A stretch of DNA of 64,000 nt from an uncultured Desulfobacteraceae bacterium (GTDB lineage Bacteria; Desulfobacterota; Desulfobacteria; Desulfobacterales; UBA11574), in NCBI GenBank assembly GCA_964410925.1, contig CAYPIW010000086.1, forward strand, positions 17,605-81,604. Direction: 5' to 3'. This document shows, piece by piece, positions 55,590 through 64,000 of the stretch. Below the pieces are notes generated by a model. The model saw nothing but the letters and a program-made list of their open reading frames with translations, had not been told where the DNA came from and did no database searches. Position numbers and translations under genes: made by a program. Positions within the stretch are counted from its first letter, which is position 1. Each line of letters opens with the position of its first letter.

Positions 55590-58166
55590 TTATTTTTCGT
55601 GAAGCAGGTTTAGAAACTGCCGGGCATCCTTATTGTCCGGCTCACGATGCAGGACCTCTTTATATATGATTTCCGCTTTTGACGGCTGACCGGACAGATA
55701 GAAAGCAGAACCCAGATGTAACAGATATTGTGAGTTATCAGGATCAAGCTTCGTAGCCCGGTGATAGTTGAAAATAGCCTTTTTCAATTGGCCGGTTTCA
55801 AGATAACAAAAGCCAAGCCAGAAGCGTGCTTCGGCCTCCCGTGATTTCTCTTCTTTTGCGATGTTTAAAAGTTTAATTGCTTTAGGGTAATCCTTTTCCC
55901 GTACTGCCGAGACCCCCTGGATAAAGGCATCCAGAGTAGATTTTATGTCGGCTTTAAGTGTATCCGGTTGAGTTGCAGTGGATTTTTGTTCGGTTGTTGC
56001 AGCCTCCACTTTTCCCGAAGCAGGGGGTTGTGCCGCAAGGGTAGAAATTATCAGGCTTTTTTCATTTTTTGATGCGGATTCAGTTAATGGGGAAATTGCG
56101 ACCGTCTGATTCTGACCTTGATAATCTTCCGAAGTCAGGATTGTGATATGGGCTGTTTTATGCCCCGGATGCGAACTGAAAATACGAACATCCCGGGGAT
56201 TACCAAAATAGTTCAAATCGATTTTCAATGATAAAAGGTCCATATTCTTTGATACGATTCCATTTTTCAGGTTACCAATGATCTGGTTCCCGCCGATCAG
56301 TGCAGGCGCCTGATCCAAAAAAACGCCATTTTGGTTATAGCTGATGTCATTTTTAAGCACTTTGGCCGGAGAGCGAACAAGCTTTATGCCGGTAACCGAG
56401 TTATAGGCGATCCGGCAGCCTGTGATACGCGCTTTAGCCATATCCACCGCCTCAATTCCATTGGTTTTATTTCGGTAAATGGTCAGATCATTCAAATGCG
56501 GAGCTGCGTTGCTGCCTTCAATCCGTATTCCGGTAATGCACTCTTTTACCGTACCACCGGATATTTCCGGAGAGCTTTCGATAATTCGAAAGCCGATCTC
56601 GGAACCGTGCACTTCAAAATGAGACAGCCGGCATTTCTCCGAAGACCTTTCGAAAATGATTCCCCCCCAGTTTTGGTCTTTATCCGCCGCTAAAAAAAGC
56701 ACAGGCGCATTTTTTTCCCCGCTGACATCCAATGTCCCCCGGAGAATCAAACGGGACTTTGGGTCAGCCTGGACCATTACTCCCGGGTGTATGGTAAGTA
56801 TGGAACCCGCCGGGACAATGACATCACCTTTCAAACAGTAGGGATTGGCACCGGAATGCCACACCGAATCCTCAGCAAGACTTCCTTGAACCGGTGTAGG
56901 ACCCGGCGGCACAGGAGTAGCGGGAATACCCACATTCGTCTGACTGTTGTTTCCGGCTAGGTCGGCCGCAATAACCCGGTAAAAATAACGGGTATAATTC
57001 TCCAGGTCTTTATCTTCAAAACGCGTAAATTCAGTGGTATGAATTTTTTCATATCCGGAAAGCGGGGTAATGCTCCGCCATATGCTGTAGCCGGCAACAT
57101 CGGCTGCAGTAGATTTGTTCCACCGAAGAACTATTTTTTGGCTGCCCGCTATGGTTTGCAGACCGGTAGGAGGGTCCGGCGGAGCTCCGTCGACATTTAC
57201 GAACCCCAGAGTGTCTTCCCATCTGCAAACATTATTCCAGTCGTCTGACAGCCGAACCACAATCACTGCGTCACTAAAGGTATCATTATGCCGGACAAGA
57301 CAGGAGCCGATATAAGTTCCCGGAGTTTTTTCCTGCATTTCAACAGCAGTTTTCCAGGGGGCAATGCTAAAAGTCGCTTTCAATCCGGCAGTGCCTTCAA
57401 TACCCACCTGAAGGCGCTCTCCCTTTCCAAGAGTTCGGTTCATGCCGTCATGGACCAAATTGGATATTTTGGGAAAGGATTTGCCCTTTAGGTTAGCGGA
57501 AGGCGGAATTGTCTCCACCGCAGCCTGGCAAAGTTTATTGATTGTGGTAATAATGTGGTACCTGGACAGATCAAGTGCACTGGAAGCCGCCGCAATAATA
57601 GCCCCAATGGGAGTTGTCGGAATGCTGCCGCTTCTTTGAATCTCCTTGTGTTTTACGGACCACAGCACCCGCCGGGTTTCTGCATCAATCATTTTAACCT
57701 CAACCGCAACGGTAAAAGAAGAGTAAATCCCCGCATAATAAGATTTAAATTCCGTTATCCGGCCAATGATCAGTGCGTCGGAGGCAAGGAGTTCTCCGGT
57801 TTTCGCAGGATCGATATTTTCAAAAATATTTTGCGGGTTAAAATTTTTCAGATTGGCATTTATGGCGCTCAGTTCGATATCCTTATAAGCCAGGGAACTG
57901 AAATTATTGTAAAACAGGCGTTGCAAAAGAACAGATGCTTCCTTTTCTTGGGTCAGGTTTTCAAAAGGAAGGATGGCCACAGACAAGGGCCGGTCTTTAT
58001 TATAATCCGGGGCAACAAATATATTTTCAACAGGGATTTTACGCTCAAGTGCCCCCTGAACGCGATCTATTTGTTCACTCAACCTGCTGCCCAGGCAGGC
58101 AAACAGCAAAAAACAGATACTGATTGAAAATACAGCTGTCAGAATCAGTTTGCAGAAGGATTTCAT
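55590..58166 (-). CDS. multidomain lipoprotein: DUF799-like + FN3 + right-handed beta-helix (PbH1/NosD-like) + TPR
   Basis: The start is set at MKSFCK with lipobox LLFAC. The DUF799-like region is VAILPFENLT...IIGRITEF. The FN3 domain is PPTGLQTIAGSQKIVLRWN...YFYRVIAADLAGN. Repeated NGI/TGI beta-helix turns follow, then C-terminal TPRs. Confidence 0.65.
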   Translation of the reverse strand: MKSFCKLILTAVFSISICFLLFACLGSRLSEQIDRVQGALERKIPVENIFVAPDYNKDRPLSVAILPFENLTQEKEASVLLQRLFYNNFSSLAYKDIELSAINANLKNFNPQNIFENIDPAKTGELLASDALIIGRITEFKSYYAGIYSSFTVAVEVKMIDAETRRVLWSVKHKEIQRSGSIPTTPIGAIIAAASSALDLSRYHIITTINKLCQAAVETIPPSANLKGKSFPKISNLVHDGMNRTLGKGERLQVGIEGTAGLKATFSIAPWKTAVEMQEKTPGTYIGSCLVRHNDTFSDAVIVVRLSDDWNNVCRWEDTLGFVNVDGAPPDPPTGLQTIAGSQKIVLRWNKSTAADVAGYSIWRSITPLSGYEKIHTTEFTRFEDKDLENYTRYFYRVIAADLAGNNSQTNVGIPATPVPPGPTPVQGSLAEDSVWHSGANPYCLKGDVIVPAGSILTIHPGVMVQADPKSRLILRGTLDVSGEKNAPVLFLAADKDQNWGGIIFERSSEKCRLSHFEVHGSEIGFRIIESSPEISGGTVKECITGIRIEGSNAAPHLNDLTIYRNKTNGIEAVDMAKARITGCRIAYNSVTGIKLVRSPAKVLKNDISYNQNGVFLDQAPALIGGNQIIGNLKNGIVSKNMDLLSLKIDLNYFGNPRDVRIFSSHPGHKTAHITILTSEDYQGQNQTVAISPLTESASKNEKSLIISTLAAQPPASGKVEAATTEQKSTATQPDTLKADIKSTLDAFIQGVSAVREKDYPKAIKLLNIAKEEKSREAEARFWLGFCYLETGQLKKAIFNYHRATKLDPDNSQYLLHLGSAFYLSGQPSKAEIIYKEVLHREPDNKDARQFLNLLHEK

Positions 58167-58248
58167 CCCATAACCAGTGAATGTTAATTGATTCAGACTC
58201 GCAACAACCACATCCATGCCTGCAAATTTGTTCAGTTATCGGCAGGGA

Positions 58249-59067
58249 CTAGCGTGCCGGAGTCGGCATTCGAGCCAGGGCATAAAAACATTTGCCGGCA
58301 TGGCTATAGGCATGCCGGCAAATGGCAGCACCTGTTAGAACAACTTCAGCCGTGGTCTCAGAAAGGTTTTGAGACATGGAGCCGGTATTTTTAGAACTTG
58401 TTTTTTGAAGGACATTGTATCGGGCCGAAAGCTTAAAGGCCAGGTCGGCTCTGGCCTGACGCTCGGCTTCCTGCCAGGCCTCACCCGGTTTAATATAACT
58501 TGGAGCAGTGCCGATCCCGTATACATATTCAGCAGGTGATTTCGGTTCTTTGACCCATTCAGGAGGCTCATCAGAGTTTATATCGACCAGACGGTTATCA
58601 ATTTTATTTATCATTTGTTGTAGCAAAGATCCATCCGGACAGATTGCACAAAGAGCGATAACCCCACTTCCCAAACGATATTCGTGAACAATCTGAAGAT
58701 GTTTTTCCAATTGGGATGCCCGATCCTGCCATCCGTTTTCTATCACATAGGATGCTGTCAGACTTTGGCTATGGGTTTGGGTGCCGGCCCATGCCGCTTT
58801 AATAAAAACTTTTTGGTTTTTCGCCATATTCGCGGCACCGCTTTTCACAAGCATTTCTTTCTGGCATTTTTGGTCAAGATATATTCCACTGTACCCATAA
58901 GCAAACCGGCACCCATTAACATTGGGCTGTTCAGCATACCATCCGGGTACCATCAAGATTCCAGACAGATTTGATTTCTCGATTGGTCGCGTAAGGTCCT
59001 GCCGGGGACTTTGACAGGAAATCAGGGATATTATCAATGCAACTGAAAAAAGGACCCGCAGGGTCAT
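58249..59067 (-). CDS. LPP20-family lipoprotein
   Basis: The start is set at MTLRVLFSVALIISLISCQ (lipobox). The LPP20-like C-terminal region is PPEWVKEPKSPAEYVYGIGTA...AERQARADLAFKL. Confidence 0.55.
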   Translation of the reverse strand: MTLRVLFSVALIISLISCQSPRQDLTRPIEKSNLSGILMVPGWYAEQPNVNGCRFAYGYSGIYLDQKCQKEMLVKSGAANMAKNQKVFIKAAWAGTQTHSQSLTASYVIENGWQDRASQLEKHLQIVHEYRLGSGVIALCAICPDGSLLQQMINKIDNRLVDINSDEPPEWVKEPKSPAEYVYGIGTAPSYIKPGEAWQEAERQARADLAFKLSARYNVLQKTSSKNTGSMSQNLSETTAEVVLTGAAICRHAYSHAGKCFYALARMPTPAR

Positions 59068-59352
59068 GCAGTGGTGGCATCCTCTAATCTTTACAAATTG
59101 CCGATAGCAACTATATTTTTTAACTGTCATCGGATATTTAAATGGGTCTCTGTACACAAAGCCGACCCTGGGAGATTGATCAAACGTTAGTTCTATGCAT
59201 CTGGAAATCTGCTGTTCAGACTTTCCTGTAAGAAGTGCAACAGGCAAAACTTTTAAATTAGGGTGCCCGTTCATTTTATTCAATGAATCATACGGGCACC
59301 CTACCCTGAAAGCGATTTGCATAGAACTGTGAAAAGAACTCCGGTAATGAGT

Positions 59353-59949
59353 CTATTCTTCGGTAAAATCGAGTTTGTCGAGTTCTTTTTGTAACTCGTC
59401 AAAGCCTTGTTTTGCTTTGAATTCATTATAAAGGGCTTGCTCATTTTTAACCAGCTTTTTGGTCTGATCGTCGATTTGCTTTTTAAGTGCCTCTGCATTT
59501 TCTATGGGCCATAGAGCTAAGCTGTGCCAGGTGCCGTCCGGACATACTTCACGCTTTACGATTTTGCAGCCGTAAAGAACATGGGAAGCAATCGCTTTGC
59601 TTACCGACTCAGAGAACTGGAGCGCCTGGGCTCCTTCTCCAATGCCGGACTGCTGCATAAAGTCTTTCATCATGGTTTGAACTTTGACCCGGATGGCCAT
59701 AACCACTTCATCCCGGGCCCGCTGGTCAGCCGTTTTCTTTGAAAGGGCCGCCATTTGCATTTTGGCGAGCCCGCTTCCGTAAATACCGTCTTCAGCGGAA
59801 GGCGGATTTTTTTCCCATTCCGGGATACACTGAGCCTGTTCGGCAGGCCCTGCAGGACGAGGCTCCGGGGCTGTTGCACAGGCCATAATTAAAAAACAGC
59901 CCATAATAATAATTCCCAATACCAAAGTCCTTTTTTTTCCGTTCATCAT
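59353..59949 (-). CDS. LPP20-family lipoprotein
   Basis: 198 aa with lipobox IMACAT and PEWEKNPPSAEDGIYGSGLAK...ADQRARDEVVMAIRVKV. Confidence 0.6.
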   Translation of the reverse strand: MMNGKKRTLVLGIIIMGCFLIMACATAPEPRPAGPAEQAQCIPEWEKNPPSAEDGIYGSGLAKMQMAALSKKTADQRARDEVVMAIRVKVQTMMKDFMQQSGIGEGAQALQFSESVSKAIASHVLYGCKIVKREVCPDGTWHSLALWPIENAEALKKQIDDQTKKLVKNEQALYNEFKAKQGFDELQKELDKLDFTEE

Positions 59950-60010
59950 TTACGTCTCCTTTTTATCTTCTGGTTAACAGGTTAAACTAAAATAAAAATT
60001 TATCACATAT

Positions 60011-61147
60011 TCAGAGACCACGATAAATTTTAGATCGACTGAACACTCTCTGAATATAGTCCTGGGTTTCCTTATACGGAAGTTTTTTTCTCAGGGCCAT
60101 ATGAATATCCTCCGTAGTCATGCTTTGGGCTTTTTTCACTGCCGGTTTCAGATTGGTTTTTCCGGTGAGTGCCCTTGCAACATTGCCAGCTCCGGTGTTA
60201 TAGGCTGCAACCGTCAGTAAATAGGCAATCCCCGGGTTTTCAATTCCTGCGAAATACACATTTTTCGTCAGGTCCAAATAGGCCACTCCCAAATTGATAT
60301 TGTTTTCTGGATTGTACAGAAATTCGGCTGAAGGTTTCTTATCCTCATTATAAAGATGCTTATACGCATCCCGTCCGCCTGAGACGGGGACAAGTTGCAT
60401 TAAGCCATAGGCAGGAACGTGGGAACGGGCCATGGGATTAAAATATGACTCGGTATGAATGAGGCCGAATACAATACTGGGATCTATGTTCCGTTGTTTG
60501 CAATATTTAAGGACGATGGGTTTATATCGGTCAGCACGAATTTTCAGGTGCTCCGGCACCATCTGGACTTCAACGGATACGACTCTTTTGGGCGGTGCGG
60601 ACGGTTGAGGTATGAGTTTTGAAGATGTTTTCAACTTTTCTTTAAGACGCTCTTGGACAAATTTATCAACGTTTTCCGGGGAGAGGTCTTTTTTACCGTC
60701 AACAGAAATCTGACCGGTAAGCAGATTTTTGCCTGTGGGCCAGCGGTCCGACATCATGCGTTTGAGTTGGCGTTTAATTTTTTCACTGGCTGCCTGTCGC
60801 GGATTTTTTTCATTCTCCGGGATAAGGACTTCAAGGGAAATCTTGCCTGATTTAAAATCAACCTGGCTTCGACTTTCTTTATCGGCCCCGTAATCAACCC
60901 AGACCTTTTTGCTGGAACCGATAAACTCTCCCCACTTGGATCTCACTTCGGCCTGATAGGCGGCGTAATCCTTTTCCTGTTCGTCGATGAAAGAGCTGAA
61001 TTGCTCCTTTTCTTGTTTAACAAAAGACTGGAAATCCTCATCGGAAGCAAAAATTGGATTGGCAACCGCCAAAAACAGGAAACAGGATAGAATTGTGAAA
61101 AGAACATCTTTTATGCTGCGCATGGTGCCCTCCCGGTATTTTTTCAT
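60011..61147 (-). CDS. membrane-bound lytic murein transglycosylase (MltC-like)
   Basis: Signal peptide with an MltC-type N-terminal domain. The SLT catalytic region is GLIHTESYFNPMARSHVPAYGLMQLVP...AAYNTGAGNV. Confidence 0.75.
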   Translation of the reverse strand: MKKYREGTMRSIKDVLFTILSCFLFLAVANPIFASDEDFQSFVKQEKEQFSSFIDEQEKDYAAYQAEVRSKWGEFIGSSKKVWVDYGADKESRSQVDFKSGKISLEVLIPENEKNPRQAASEKIKRQLKRMMSDRWPTGKNLLTGQISVDGKKDLSPENVDKFVQERLKEKLKTSSKLIPQPSAPPKRVVSVEVQMVPEHLKIRADRYKPIVLKYCKQRNIDPSIVFGLIHTESYFNPMARSHVPAYGLMQLVPVSGGRDAYKHLYNEDKKPSAEFLYNPENNINLGVAYLDLTKNVYFAGIENPGIAYLLTVAAYNTGAGNVARALTGKTNLKPAVKKAQSMTTEDIHMALRKKLPYKETQDYIQRVFSRSKIYRGL

Positions 61148-61477
61148 AACTTAATGCATTATAGGAGATCAATCTAACTGTCAAAACAGCGACCCGGCAA
61201 ACGTAGATTAAAATTCATATTTCCCGGACAATACAACCAAAGCTTTTTTGAAATCAAGTGCATATACGATGCAACCATCTTGCATTCAAATTTTCAATAT
61301 GCTAAGTGTAGTTATTGTTATTATAGGTGATTTCATTCTTAACCGGATGATATCAATGTATATATTAAGTTTTAGTAAAAAATGTCAACATTAATTCATT
61401 CTTCCAAGGACTCCCTTTGATTCGCACAGATTTGCAGAACTTAAAGGCGATTGTGATGGTAACGAGTTCTGCGAGCT

Positions 61478-63685
61478 ATGATCGGAAGGCTCATGATTTT
61501 CCAGAATTTTTTTACAAGATTTAGATCATCATTTCCCGAACAATATAAAAAATGGTATTCAGGATTGGCAGTTGCTTTCCTGATCTCCTTTTTGATTGTA
61601 ATCTTGCAGCGGTTTTCCTTTATGCAAATTCTGGAGGCCAAAACTCTTGATTCCAGATTCTCAATAAATGATCCCCCTGAACAAGTATCCGAGGATATCA
61701 TTCTGGTGGGAATAGATGATTCGAGTCTGAAATATTTTTCCGACAACGGCATTTCCTGGCCCTGGCCAAGGGATTTTTATGCACACCTTTTAGGCTATTT
61801 AACGGATTCGGGCGTAAAATCCGTAATTTTTGATCTTTTATTTTACCAGCCGGATATCGATCGGGGTGAATCTGATGCAACCGAAACAGATAAAGCCTTT
61901 GCCGGTGCCATTCACGCAAACGGCACCGTCGTCCTGGCAAGCCAACTCACCCAAGAGAACCTTGGGTCTCACTTCGATCTTTCAAGATTCTATCTCCATC
62001 TCAACAAAAAAGATAGCATCACCTTGAACCCCTATAATGGCATTCTTGCTCCAATAGAATCCTTTCTCCATGCGACTCGCCATTTGGGTATCGTGAATGT
62101 GGAACCTGATGCGGACGGGATTATCCGGCGGGTCCCTTTAATATATCCGTTCAATGGCCGTTTTCTGCCGCAGATAGCGGTTAGCGCGTTTCTGTCTTCC
62201 AAAAATAAACCGGTTCCTTTGCGACTGTCATCAAAATATCTGGATATCGGCCAAACACAAGTCCCCCTCGACAATGCCGGTAACTATCTTATTCACTGGT
62301 ATGGTCGCCAAAGCACCTGCCAATTCATCCGATGTGTTCCTCTCGCGGCGGTGATTCAGTCGGCCTCTGCCGTTCAGGCGGGGGTAACGCCACAGCTTTT
62401 ACCGAATGTTTTCAAGAACAAATTCGTTATTATCGGTGTGACCGCTGCGGGGCTTATGGATTTAAAGTCCACACCTGTCTCAGACATTCATCCGGGCATG
62501 GAAATATGGGCCACAATTCTCCTCAACCTGATACGGAACGATTTTGTTAAGCACAGCAGCTTACTTCTGAACTCGTTACGGGTAATGATCGTCACTTTTG
62601 GTGTATTCCTGCTTATCACAAAAATTCCCGGCATTGCATCCCATGTTCTGGTTCTTCTCATGACGCTCCTGGTTGGGGTTGAAACGGTTTGGGCGTGGCG
62701 GTTTCATCGGCTGGCCTTAAGCTTCACCATGCCCATATGCGGGTTAATGGTATCCTATTTAGCCCATACGTCCCTTGGGTATTTCATTGAAGGGCAGGCA
62801 AAAAGAAAAATAAGCAAGGCCATGACTCGCTATCTTCACCCGGACATTGTGCAACAAATTGCACGCGACCCGGAACAGGTTAAAATGGGTGGGCAGGAGG
62901 TGGAAGCAACAGTGATGTTTTCAGATATATACGATTTTACGACTATTTCAGAAAACTTTTCGCCACATGAGCTTGTTGCCCACCTGAACCGTTATTTTTC
63001 CGATATCAGCAGCTTTATTCTTGACCACGGCGGCATGCTGGACAAATATACCGGTGACGGAATTATGGCCATTTTTGGAGCGCCGCTTCCAAGGGAGGAT
63101 CATGCCCTTCTGGCATGCCGCGCGGCACTTGCCCATAGGAATTTTAGCAGTAAACTGGGTAGCGGAAAGGAGTTGTCCGTCTCGGATCGGTTCCACAGTC
63201 GCACTCGACTCGGAATCCATTCCGGCAATATCGTTGCCGGAAATATTGGGTCCGAACGGCGAATGGACTATACCGCAATCGGAGATACCGTAAACCTGTC
63301 CGCCCGGCTGGAAGGAGTTAACAAAATTTACAAAACCAAAATCATTCTCAGCCATGCCACCTATAAACGGATTAAAAATGAGTTCATTTGCAGGGAATTG
63401 GATTTTTTGAAGGTAAAAGGGAAAACAACCCCCACCCGGATTTACGAATTAATCGCAAATCGGGAATTTTCAGACCCTGAGCAGTTTCAATGGATAGCAA
63501 ACTATCACGAGGCCCTTTCCCTCTATCGTCAGGGAAACTGGGGAAAGGCCGGCACCCTTTTTGAATCACTGGTCCATTCGGCCTGTCCCGATCCGGCCAG
63601 TGTGGTAATGTTGGAGCGTTGCGGGCATTTAATTAAAAATCCGCCCCGGCACTGGGATGGAATTATAAAGCTTGAGGTGAAATAA
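61478..63685 (+). CDS. CHASE2-sensor class III adenylate/guanylate cyclase
   Basis: The CHASE2 region is IILVGIDDSSLKYF...WPWPRDFYAHLL...IFDLLFYQPD. TM segments follow, then the cyclase core ATVMFSDIYDFTTISE...KYTGDGIMAIFGAP...GDTVNLSARLEG. Confidence 0.85.
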   Translation: MIGRLMIFQNFFTRFRSSFPEQYKKWYSGLAVAFLISFLIVILQRFSFMQILEAKTLDSRFSINDPPEQVSEDIILVGIDDSSLKYFSDNGISWPWPRDFYAHLLGYLTDSGVKSVIFDLLFYQPDIDRGESDATETDKAFAGAIHANGTVVLASQLTQENLGSHFDLSRFYLHLNKKDSITLNPYNGILAPIESFLHATRHLGIVNVEPDADGIIRRVPLIYPFNGRFLPQIAVSAFLSSKNKPVPLRLSSKYLDIGQTQVPLDNAGNYLIHWYGRQSTCQFIRCVPLAAVIQSASAVQAGVTPQLLPNVFKNKFVIIGVTAAGLMDLKSTPVSDIHPGMEIWATILLNLIRNDFVKHSSLLLNSLRVMIVTFGVFLLITKIPGIASHVLVLLMTLLVGVETVWAWRFHRLALSFTMPICGLMVSYLAHTSLGYFIEGQAKRKISKAMTRYLHPDIVQQIARDPEQVKMGGQEVEATVMFSDIYDFTTISENFSPHELVAHLNRYFSDISSFILDHGGMLDKYTGDGIMAIFGAPLPREDHALLACRAALAHRNFSSKLGSGKELSVSDRFHSRTRLGIHSGNIVAGNIGSERRMDYTAIGDTVNLSARLEGVNKIYKTKIILSHATYKRIKNEFICRELDFLKVKGKTTPTRIYELIANREFSDPEQFQWIANYHEALSLYRQGNWGKAGTLFESLVHSACPDPASVVMLERCGHLIKNPPRHWDGIIKLEVK

Positions 63686-63686
63686 A

Positions 63687-64000
63687 ATGAGACCGTTTTT
63701 ATGCATAGTTATTCTGTTCGTATGTTTCAGTCCTTGCCTTTCAATCGCCGAGGAATCAACAGTTCATGTGAGGCAGGACCGGGCAGTTATACGCAACGGT
63801 CCGGGATCATTTTATGAGGTGCTTGCCACCGTACCCAAAGGCGCCACCTTAAACTCTTTAGAGACTGTCGGTGGCTGGTTAAAAGTCCGTTTCCGCAATA
63901 AGGTGGGATTTATGTCTGCGAAGGTTACTCGAGAGGTCTCACCTCACAAAGATGTTTTTTCTCAAATGGCATTTCATCCGGCCGCGCTCAAGCTCTCGCG
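63687..64000 (+). CDS. secreted SH3b-like protein (partial, runs off window)
   Basis: Signal peptide followed by VIRNGPGSFYEVLATVPKGATLNSLETVGGWLKVRF, typical of a bacterial SH3 domain. It starts 2 nt after the cyclase stop. Confidence 0.5.
   Translation, partial: MRPFLCIVILFVCFSPCLSIAEESTVHVRQDRAVIRNGPGSFYEVLATVPKGATLNSLETVGGWLKVRFRNKVGFMSAKVTREVSPHKDVFSQMAFHPAALKLS

Overview
This 64-kb chromosomal window looks like an anaerobic, Desulfobacterota-type genome. That assignment is inferred from gene content only.

- **1-20.9 kb, mostly housekeeping:** a TPP-riboswitch-controlled thiC-thiF-thiG-thiH-thiS-thiE operon, clpB, and an Fo-only ATP synthase operon (atpZ-atpI-atpB-c-c-b'-b). One c gene in that operon encodes four fused c-subunit hairpins. 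Also here are a DHH/MBL hydrolase pair, an RND efflux pair, a SIMPL protein and a BioB-like radical SAM enzyme.
- **20.9-29.4 kb, accessory island:** visibly AT-richer, with orphan genes, gene remnants and a tight nuclease/peptidase gene string. It holds four copies of a 130-220 bp element bounded by inverted repeats, and a 150-nt nested palindrome.
- **29.4-39.7 kb:** a Liv-type ABC transporter, an aldehyde dehydrogenase, a two-component system and an orphan B12-radical SAM gene.
- **40-64 kb, signalling and envelope region:**
  - three exported caspase-fold (C14) proteins;
  - a PLD-family protein, a cNMP-binding/CPBP protease fusion, an MscS-cNMP channel and a GAF-GGDEF protein;
  - a Vps62-like protein;
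  - an MltC/LPP20/DUF799/DUF4384 lipoprotein operon;
  - a CHASE2 nucleotide cyclase.

I recognised no rRNA, tRNA, CRISPR array, transposase or integrase. All family calls come from motifs read by eye in the ORF track. No database search was run.
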